This document shows, one piece after another, positions 57,321 through 64,000 of a stretch of DNA of 64,000 nucleotides. The stretch is taken from contig CAJMMD010000001.1 in assembly GCA_905214465.1 (NCBI GenBank), positions 487 to 64,486 of the forward strand, given 5' to 3'. Made by a program: the position numbers and the translations under genes. Source of the DNA: an uncultured bacterium (lineage in GTDB: Bacteria > Actinomycetota > Coriobacteriia > Coriobacteriales > Coriobacteriaceae). The number at the start of each line of letters is the position of its first letter. Position 1 is the first letter of the stretch. The notes below the pieces were generated by a model that saw nothing but the letters and a program-made list of their open reading frames with translations, was not told the DNA's origin and made no database searches.

Positions 57321-57539
57321 CTATTCGATGCCCTCGAGAAGCTCTGATACCGTCATGCCGAGTGCGGGCGCGATCTTAAATAGAACCTTGAGCGTGAAAT
57401 TTGCCGTCCCATCTTCGATTCGGTCGAGGTAGGGTCGGCTGATTCCTGTCGCCACACAAAAATCGACCTTGGAGATACCAAGGTCCTTGCGCGTCTGCTC
57501 GACTCGCTTGCCAAGAATCTGTTTCGCACGTTCGTCCAT
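57321..57539 (-). CDS. XRE-family HTH transcriptional regulator (72 aa)
   Basis: LGKRVEQTRKDLGISKVDFCVATGISRPYLDRIEDG. Confidence 0.75.
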   Translation of the reverse strand: MDERAKQILGKRVEQTRKDLGISKVDFCVATGISRPYLDRIEDGTANFTLKVLFKIAPALGMTVSELLEGIE

Positions 57540-57566
57540 GCAGCCGAGTTTGAAATGGAGCTGAAC

Positions 57567-57594
57567 AAAAACGTAAACTATAGTTTACGTTTTG
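57567..57594. promoter_or_regulatory. Perfect 26-bp palindrome AAAACGTAAACTA|TAGTTTACGTTTT in the divergent promoter of the XRE regulator
   Basis: 13-bp arms with no spacer, 28 nt upstream of the XRE start and overlapping the start of the divergent ORF. Confidence 0.5.
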
Positions 57595-58005
57595 CCGAAT
57601 ACACAGGAGTTTTCTATGTCGGGTTCTTCGGTCCGCATGCACCGAACTACGCTTCGCACAAACAGCGCACCGCCCAAGCTCGTCGTTGTTGAAGCTGAAT
57701 GCCTTTCGCCCGATGAGCGCACAGCATTTGCATTGCTATCAAGTCGCGTCGCCGCCGTTCTGGTCCCTTGCCCGGCGCAAGGTGAACTTGCCATCCAATG
57801 CCAAGCGCACAGCTGCTCGCTCAATCAGGCTGCCGTAATCGCAACCAGCCAACGCGGTCTGCCCCTTCTCCTGGAAGCCGGTATCGCGCTCGCCCTTCGC
57901 GGCGCCGGATACGAAAACGAGGCCGCCGCCGACATGGTCTTTAAACCACGATCGAGCGGCGGCCTCGCAGCAGCCCTTGAATATGCGTGCAGGCTCGTTG
58001 CCTAA
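57592..58005 (+). CDS. Hypothetical protein (divergent from the XRE regulator)
   Basis: 137 aa, Ala-rich, no recognisable domain. The start may be the MSGSSV at 57616. Confidence 0.4.
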   Translation: MPNTQEFSMSGSSVRMHRTTLRTNSAPPKLVVVEAECLSPDERTAFALLSSRVAAVLVPCPAQGELAIQCQAHSCSLNQAAVIATSQRGLPLLLEAGIALALRGAGYENEAAADMVFKPRSSGGLAAALEYACRLVA

Positions 58006-58014
58006 AAGGACAGG

Positions 58015-58398
58015 CTAGAAACCAAGGCCAAAGCCCGTTCCGGTAATCGCCGAGTACATAAAGTAAACGTTGACCACGTTGAGGAACACACCCGTGATGC
58101 AACCGTTGCGCAGGTAGCGCTCGCACACGATGCGCGCCATGGCGGCGGAGTCATCATTGTTCTTTGCCTGGCGTCCCGCCGTAAAATACGTCGCCACGCT
58201 CAGCAGCAAGTTGAGCACCGGCAGCGCCAGCAACTCGTAGCTCTTGCCCCAGCGCGTCGCCTCGCCGGCGGCATTAAACTTTGTTGCCACCTCGGGACCA
58301 ATGTTGGGGATAACACACGCTGCGACCACCAGCGGAATCACCGCAAGCACGAGCAGCGCAATACCCATGTAGCCGGCTTTTTTGCCATATTTAAACAT
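58015..58398 (-). CDS. Small membrane protein (DUF1648/SdpI-like)
   Basis: 127 aa, three or four TM helices. Confidence 0.55.
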   Translation of the reverse strand: MFKYGKKAGYMGIALLVLAVIPLVVAACVIPNIGPEVATKFNAAGEATRWGKSYELLALPVLNLLLSVATYFTAGRQAKNNDDSAAMARIVCERYLRNGCITGVFLNVVNVYFMYSAITGTGFGLGF

Positions 58399-58409
58399 GT
58401 GCGTCGTCC

Positions 58410-59486
58410 TTACACGTTAAAGCGGAAGTGCACGACGTCGCCATCGGCCATGACATAGTCCTTGCCCTCAATACGCAGCTTGCCGGCGGCCTTGGCGCCC
58501 TGCTCTCCGCCGAGCTCGATGTAGTCGTCATAGCCAATGACCTCGGCCTTAATAAAGCCGCGCTCAAAGTCGGTGTGGATGACACCGGCAGCCTGCGGAG
58601 CGGTCGCACCCTGACGCACCGTCCAGGCCTTGACCTCCATCTCGCCGGCCGTAAAGAACGACTGCAGGCCGAGCAGCTTATAGGCCGCCTGCGCGAGCAC
58701 GTCCAGGCCGGGCTGCTCCAAGCCCAGGCTCTCCAGGTAGTCGGCGGCGTCCTCGGGATCGAGCTCGGAAAGCTCGGCCTCGATCTTGGCGCAGATGGGC
58801 AGCGGCTTGACGCCATCGATGGGCGCCAGGTCCTCGTTGAGCATGTCCTCGTCCACGTTTGCCACGTACAGGATGGGCTTCATGGTGAGCAGGAACAGGC
58901 CCTTGGCGGCAGCACGCTCCTCGTCGGTCATCTCCATGGATGCGGCGCGCTTGCCCTCGTTAAGCCAGGCGAGCAGGCGCTTGGCGACCTCGAACTTGGG
59001 CATGAGCTCCTTGTCGCGCTTGGCCTCCTTCTCGAGCTTGGGCAGCTGCTTCTCGAGCGTGCCCATGTCGGCCAGGATGAGCTCGGTCATGATGGTGTCG
59101 GCATCGCCGGCGGGATCGACGAACTCGCCCGTACGGCCCACCTCACGCATGACGTTGGGATCCTTAAAGTAGCGCACGACCTCGCAGATGGCGTCGGTCT
59201 CGCGAATGTTGGCCAGGAACTGGTTGCCCAAGCCCTCGCCCTCGTTGGCGCCCTTCACCAGACCTGCGATGTCGACGAACTCGACCGTCGCCGGCACAAT
59301 GCGACCCGGGTTAACGATGTCGGCGAGCTTTTGCAGGCGGCTATCGGGCACGTCGACGATACCCACGTTGGGGTCGATCGTGGCGAACGGATAGTTGGCG
59401 GCAAGGCCGGTCTTTTTGGTAAGCGCGGTGAACAGCGTCGACTTGCCTACGTTGGGCAGGCCCACGATACCGATGGAAAGGGACAC
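58410..59486 (-). CDS. ychF: Redox-regulated ribosome-binding ATPase YchF
   Basis: GTG start after aaaggag gives [19 protein letters not shown]; C-terminal TGS domain; 358 aa. The track ORF has a spurious N-terminal extension. Confidence 0.85.
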   Translation of the reverse strand: MSLSIGIVGLPNVGKSTLFTALTKKTGLAANYPFATIDPNVGIVDVPDSRLQKLADIVNPGRIVPATVEFVDIAGLVKGANEGEGLGNQFLANIRETDAICEVVRYFKDPNVMREVGRTGEFVDPAGDADTIMTELILADMGTLEKQLPKLEKEAKRDKELMPKFEVAKRLLAWLNEGKRAASMEMTDEERAAAKGLFLLTMKPILYVANVDEDMLNEDLAPIDGVKPLPICAKIEAELSELDPEDAADYLESLGLEQPGLDVLAQAAYKLLGLQSFFTAGEMEVKAWTVRQGATAPQAAGVIHTDFERGFIKAEVIGYDDYIELGGEQGAKAAGKLRIEGKDYVMADGDVVHFRFNV

Positions 59487-59600
59487 GACAGCTCCTTTTG
59501 GTACAAGCATTTCAAACTGCATAAGTATAGCGCCGCCGCAGCATCTGGGCGAACCCGGACGCCACGGCGGCACGAATGAAGCAGAGATAGGGGTCGCTGA

Positions 59601-60854
59601 CTAGTCCGCGAGCTTCTCCACCTGGTCGAGCATCTTATCGAGCTTGGCCTTTGCCTCGGCCTTGACCTTCTGGGCTTCTTCGTGGGCCTTCGCCTTCTGG
59701 GCGGCCTTTTCCTCGGCTTCGGGATCGACGACGACCAGATTGGACGCGTCGTGCTCAACCAACTTGAGCGCATGCTCAGGGCACACCTTGACGCAGGCAC
59801 CGCAGCCCAAGCAATACGTGGACTCCAGTGCAAAGCGGCCGCTTCCCACCAGATCGCAGGCGAACGTGGGGCACACATTGACGCACTCGCCGCACGACGT
59901 GCACTTGTCAAAATCGCATTCCGGCGTGCTCACCCGCATGTTCTGGGCAAGCTCGGGGTGGTTTTGCAGCGTCGAGAGCACCAGCTGCCGCCCGTGCGTG
60001 AGCGAACGGCGACGCTTGGTCGTCGTGGTGCCGCACATGGTGTTGAGCGTACGCTCCAACTGGGTAATCTGATGGCGATGGGCTTTGAGCTTCTGCGTCA
60101 CCGAGGCCAGTGCCGCCGTTGCCGGATTGAGCTTTGTCACGGTAAGGCCCGTGGTGCGGGCGATCTTTTCCATGTACTCCTTGCGCTCGTACTCGCGGCG
60201 CTTATGACATTTGAGGCTCTTGGGATCGACCTCCAGACCCATGCCCGTGCCGGCCCACTCCTCGGCCTTCGCAATCGCCTCGCCCAGGATGTCCTCACCG
60301 CCGGTGTTGCGGCACTTATCGCACACGCCCAGTGGCAGGTACACGCTCACGTTGGGATAGTCCGCCAGTACCGAGAACCAGGTCTCGGCCGTAATATCGC
60401 CCACGCAGGCGACAACAACCTCGTTCTCGCGCGGCATGCGCTTAAGGGCACGCGTGCAGGTAACGTAGGCGGTCTCGTGGCTCGTAGCCGCCGAGACAAT
60501 GTCGTCGTAAAGGTTTTTGGGCGCCAGACGCGGCGAAATAATCGCCTCAGTCGGACAGGCGGCAGCGCACAGGCCGCACTTGCGGCAGGTATCGAGGATC
60601 TCGATGGCGTCTTCCTCGACCTCGATGGCGTTGACCGGGCACACGTCCATGCACGCAGTGCAGCCGCTCTTTTCGTTTTTGCAGGTCAGACACGGAATCG
60701 TGTTGCCGCGCGGACGCTCCTTGTAGTCGGCAGGATTCCACTGCGGCGCCGACGGATCGAGCGCGTCGGTCACGCCGCCAAGCGGGTTTTTAAGAAAGTC
60801 GAAACCCTTGCTGATCTCGATAATGTCATCAAACAGATCGTGTTCCTGCGCCAT
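59601..60854 (-). CDS. Multi-cluster 4Fe-4S ferredoxin-domain protein
   Basis: Four CxxCxxCxxxCP-type motifs (CTACMDVCP, CRKCGLCAAACP, CTSCGECVNVCP, CLGCGACVKVCP) and a Lys/Glu-rich C-terminal tail. The start is taken at MAQEHDL. Confidence 0.7.
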   Translation of the reverse strand: MAQEHDLFDDIIEISKGFDFLKNPLGGVTDALDPSAPQWNPADYKERPRGNTIPCLTCKNEKSGCTACMDVCPVNAIEVEEDAIEILDTCRKCGLCAAACPTEAIISPRLAPKNLYDDIVSAATSHETAYVTCTRALKRMPRENEVVVACVGDITAETWFSVLADYPNVSVYLPLGVCDKCRNTGGEDILGEAIAKAEEWAGTGMGLEVDPKSLKCHKRREYERKEYMEKIARTTGLTVTKLNPATAALASVTQKLKAHRHQITQLERTLNTMCGTTTTKRRRSLTHGRQLVLSTLQNHPELAQNMRVSTPECDFDKCTSCGECVNVCPTFACDLVGSGRFALESTYCLGCGACVKVCPEHALKLVEHDASNLVVVDPEAEEKAAQKAKAHEEAQKVKAEAKAKLDKMLDQVEKLAD

Positions 60855-61005
60855 GCGCGGCCCCTCCCTGAGCAGTGCAAACAAGCAAGAGATAATAATA
60901 CGCTATCGGCCCGTGCCTCGGGCAAATTACACGCGGAGCACCTTTGCGGCAAATAGCCTATGGCCTATCGCCGCCCCGATTGCACAAGGTCGATCAAGCG
61001 CCAAG

Positions 61006-62073
61006 CTATGCCTCGCGCATGAGCTCGACGAGCTTTTGCTTGGTCACCTTGGCCTGCTCGTTGGCCATATTGCGTTCGTTTCTTAAGGCCGCATCCGCAA
61101 CGCTCATCAGGTCGGCATCGGAAATCTCGCCAAGGCCCAGCTCCTCGAGCGTCGTCGGCAGACCGACGCGCTGACAAAACTCGAGCACCTGTTCAAGCTC
61201 GGGCGCACGCTCCAGACGAAGCTGGACCACCAGACCAAACGCCACGGCCTCGCCGTGCATAGCCTTGCACTCGGGCAAAATCGTCAGGCCGTTGGCGATG
61301 GCATGCGCCAACGCCAAGCCACCGCTCTCAAAGCCAACGCCCGAAAGCAGGATGTTGCACTCGATCAGGCGCTCAACCGCCGGCGATATACGGCCCTTTT
61401 TGAGATCGCGCTTGGCAGCGACACCGCACTCCATAAGTGTGTCGTAGCAGGCACGAGCCGCAACCAGGGCCAAGTGCCCCGGCGCGCCACCGTGCTCGTT
61501 GGCGCCGTGCGCCGCGGCGCACGAACGCGCCTCGAAGTACGTTGCCAGCGCATCGCCCATACCAGCGACCGTCATACGCAGTGGGGCCGCCGCGACCACG
61601 TTGGTATCGACCACGACCAGGTCTGGATTCTTCTCGAGCATCAGGTAACGGTCGAACGACCCATCCTCGTGATACAGCACCGAAATCGCGCTGCACGGAC
61701 CGTCCATCGAAGCCGCCGTGGGGCATACGCACAACGGCAGCTCGGCATAAAACGCAACGGCCTTGGCGATATCGAGCATCTTGCCGCCGCCAATGCCCAC
61801 CACCATGTCGCAATACTCGGCCTGGGCTTCCTGAGCCATTCCGACAACGGCCCCTTCCGTACACGGACCGTTATAAATCTTAAAGAACGGCTCGCTTAGA
61901 TCTTCATCCAGAAATCCATCGACGATCTGCCTGCACAGCCGATCCTCGGTGCCCTGGTCAAACAAGACATAGGCAGCGCAGCCCAACCATGACAAATACC
62001 TGCCCTGACGCGAAAGTTCGCCCGGCCCCTGAACATACCGGCCGGGACCGCCATAAACCATAGGAAGCGCCAT
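61006..62073 (-). CDS. Glycerol dehydrogenase-family (Fe-dependent ADH superfamily) protein
   Basis: GGGKMLDIAK, and the metal-site histidines in the HAIANGLT region; 355 aa. Confidence 0.8.
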   Translation of the reverse strand: MALPMVYGGPGRYVQGPGELSRQGRYLSWLGCAAYVLFDQGTEDRLCRQIVDGFLDEDLSEPFFKIYNGPCTEGAVVGMAQEAQAEYCDMVVGIGGGKMLDIAKAVAFYAELPLCVCPTAASMDGPCSAISVLYHEDGSFDRYLMLEKNPDLVVVDTNVVAAAPLRMTVAGMGDALATYFEARSCAAAHGANEHGGAPGHLALVAARACYDTLMECGVAAKRDLKKGRISPAVERLIECNILLSGVGFESGGLALAHAIANGLTILPECKAMHGEAVAFGLVVQLRLERAPELEQVLEFCQRVGLPTTLEELGLGEISDADLMSVADAALRNERNMANEQAKVTKQKLVELMREA

Positions 62074-62186
62074 ACGAGAATCCGCCCTTCATCAAACACC
62101 GATTGGTGCAAAGTAACCTGACCCCTTTGCACCATAGCAAAAAGGGGCAAAGCCATCTGTTGGCTTTGCCCCTTCCTTAGCTTGAT

Positions 62187-63293
62187 TTACTCATCCATGA
62201 GATAGTAGTGGCCCAGTGCGTCTGCACCCAGAATGGCGTTTGCGACCATCTCGGGCGTCACCTCAAACGGCATGTTGCACATGGTGTCATCGGACGCGCA
62301 GGCGGCCTCGGCAACAATCATGGCCTGCTCGCGCGTAAGCTCGGCAACGCCAAGTTCCTTCATCGTGACCGGCAGGCCCAGCTCAATGCAGAAGCCCAAG
62401 ACTTCCTCGAGTTTCTCAGTCGGGGCATCCTCGAGTACCAGCTGGACGATAGTGCCAAAGGCGACCTTCTCGCCGTGATACATACCGTGGCACTCGGGCA
62501 GCATCGTCAGGCCATTGTGGATGGCATGAGCAGCAGCAAGGCCCGAGCTCTCAAAGCCAATGCCCGAAAGCAGCGTATTGGCCTCGATGATATGCTCGAC
62601 GGCAGGCGTCAACGCTCCCTTCTCCAGCGCAACCTTGGCCTTGACGCCGTCGGTCATAAGCGTCTCGTAGCAGAGCTTGGCGAGTGCCAGGCCGGCCATG
62701 CCGCCCTTGCCGCCAGCGCAGGTGCCACCGTCGGCATCGTGCGTTGCCTGGGCCTCGAAATAGGTTGCGAGCGCATCGCCCATACCGGAAACCGTCAGGC
62801 GCACCGGGCTCGCCGCGATAACCGTCGTGTCCATAAGGACAATGTTGGGGTTTGCCTTAAGGAAGAGATACTTGTCGAACTGGCCGTCATCGGTATAGAG
62901 CACCGAAAGCGCCGAACACGGGGCATCGGTCGAAGCAATGGTGGGGCAAATGATAACCGGGGACTCCAGGTAATAGGCGACGGCCTTCGCGGTGTCGAGG
63001 ATCTTGCCGCCACCGACGCCGACGATGATGTCGCAACCGTTGTCGCGAGCGAGCGCAACCAGGCGATCGACCTCGCCCTTGGAGCACTCACCGTTAAAGT
63101 CCTCAAACAGCAGCTCGGCCTTAGCCTCGGCAAAGCCGCCCTCGATCTTGGCACCGACGCGCTTCTTGCCCGAAGGCGTCACGATGACGAGGGCCTTAGC
63201 GCCAAGCGGCTCAACATAAGAGCCGAGCTTGGCCAGCTCGTCCGGGCCCTGGATGTACTTGCTGGGGCTATTGAAAATTGCAGCCATAACCAT
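62187..63293 (-). CDS. Glycerol dehydrogenase-family protein (paralog)
   Basis: VGGGKILDTAKAVAY, HAIHNGLT; 368 aa; ~45% identical to 61006-62073. Confidence 0.8.
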   Translation of the reverse strand: MVMAAIFNSPSKYIQGPDELAKLGSYVEPLGAKALVIVTPSGKKRVGAKIEGGFAEAKAELLFEDFNGECSKGEVDRLVALARDNGCDIIVGVGGGKILDTAKAVAYYLESPVIICPTIASTDAPCSALSVLYTDDGQFDKYLFLKANPNIVLMDTTVIAASPVRLTVSGMGDALATYFEAQATHDADGGTCAGGKGGMAGLALAKLCYETLMTDGVKAKVALEKGALTPAVEHIIEANTLLSGIGFESSGLAAAHAIHNGLTMLPECHGMYHGEKVAFGTIVQLVLEDAPTEKLEEVLGFCIELGLPVTMKELGVAELTREQAMIVAEAACASDDTMCNMPFEVTPEMVANAILGADALGHYYLMDE

Positions 63294-63369
63294 CCCATTC
63301 TCTAAAAGAAAAAGAAAGGGGCTCCGTACGGATACGTGCGGAGCCCCTCGTTACGATAACAAGAGTCGA

Positions 63370-64000
63370 TTAGAAATCGATGTCGGTGTCGTAGTAGCAG
63401 GCCTTGAGGATCTTCTCGAAGTCGGCAGCCTTGGTCTCACGCGGGTTCTCGGGCGTGCAGGCGTCGGTCTCGGCGTTCGCAGCGATCTCGGGCAGCTTGG
63501 CGAGGAACTCCTCCTCGGAAACCATCTGCGGGTTCTCGGCGTCGACCTTCACGCCACCATTCGCGTAATCCTTGATGGACTGCGGAATGTTGAGCTGGTC
63601 ATTGAGGTCGCGAATCTTCTGGACGAGCGCAGCGATGAGCTCCTCGTTGGTCTCGCCGGGAAGGTGCAGGATCTCCTTGGCCACGTAAGCGTAACGCTCA
63701 GCAGCACGCGGGTCCTTGGAGTTCCACTGGATAACCTTGCCCAGGTACATGGCGTTAGCGGCACCGTGGATGATGTGGCCGTTCTCGAAGGCAGCACCGG
63801 TCTTGTGAGCCATGGAGTGAACGATGCCGAGCAGGCCCGAGGAGAAGGCGATACCGGCGATGCACTGAGCCTCGTGCATGTGCTGACGGGCCTCATGGTC
63901 GCCAGCATAGGACTTGGGCAGCCACTCGACGATCTCGCGGATGCCGTGCAGGGCGTTGGCATCGGTGAACATAGAAGCGCAGGTGGAAACGTAGGCCTCC
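63370..64000 (-). CDS. Iron-containing alcohol dehydrogenase (C-terminal part; gene continues beyond the window end)
   Basis: GIVHSMAHKTGAAFENGHIIHGAANAMYL and C-terminal helices typical of DhaT/FucO/AdhE-type Fe-ADH. The N-terminus lies beyond position 64000. Confidence 0.75.
   Translation of the reverse strand, partial: EAYVSTCASMFTDANALHGIREIVEWLPKSYAGDHEARQHMHEAQCIAGIAFSSGLLGIVHSMAHKTGAAFENGHIIHGAANAMYLGKVIQWNSKDPRAAERYAYVAKEILHLPGETNEELIAALVQKIRDLNDQLNIPQSIKDYANGGVKVDAENPQMVSEEEFLAKLPEIAANAETDACTPENPRETKAADFEKILKACYYDTDIDF

Noticed and set aside
1-64000. CRISPR arrays, rRNA or tRNA genes
   Set aside because: No regularly spaced direct repeats with unique spacers. No tRNA-like T-loop/anticodon-arm patterns or rRNA-conserved stretches were found on manual scanning. 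The tandem 19-bp repeats at 36626-36682 have no spacers.

Overview
High-GC chromosomal segment, probably from an anaerobic Gram-positive actinobacterium (Coriobacteriia/Eggerthellaceae-like). That guess rests on GC content, a LuxR-type regulator beside a giant LAXTG-anchored protein, a CoA-disulfide reductase with a rhodanese domain, and Fe-ADH/4Fe-4S clusters. Housekeeping genes present: tRNA-dihydrouridine synthase, full-length guaA, ychF, an L-asparaginase, and a short type IIA topoisomerase B/A pair. Transport and regulation: two tandem MgtA-like P-type ATPases with a receiver-less OmpR-type winged-helix regulator between them, a fused MacB-type ABC transporter, a LysR regulator divergent from two aldo/keto reductases, and an OmpR/histidine-kinase two-component pair next to a TlpA-like lipoprotein and a NapH-like 4Fe-4S membrane protein. 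Accessory content: two near-identical TetR regulators framing three tandem SIR2-like paralogs, a truncated fourth SIR2-like copy interrupted by a lower-GC pair of radical-SAM genes, and an Fe-ADH/glycerol-dehydrogenase cluster running off the window end. The most interesting region is a ~7.8 kb low-GC island at about 46.6-54.4 kb. It sits against the 3' end of guaA and is flanked by a 14-bp direct repeat (GTTTACTCCCACTC). It carries a large RES-domain protein, an IS transposase remnant with an apparent frameshift, and a two-gene module that looks Lamassu-like: a 377-aa protein with no recognisable domain followed by a 538-aa SMC/Rad50-like ATPase with a CxxC hook. Excisionase-like HTH genes and a DUF3800 gene sit at the guaA end; no integrase is present. 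Two families of extragenic palindromic repeats occur: a 31-bp perfect palindrome at four sites (with a ~100 bp extended form at two), and a ~60 bp hairpin element at two sites. No CRISPR array, rRNA or tRNA gene was recognised by eye. Coordinates of repeats and hairpins are approximate to within a few bp.
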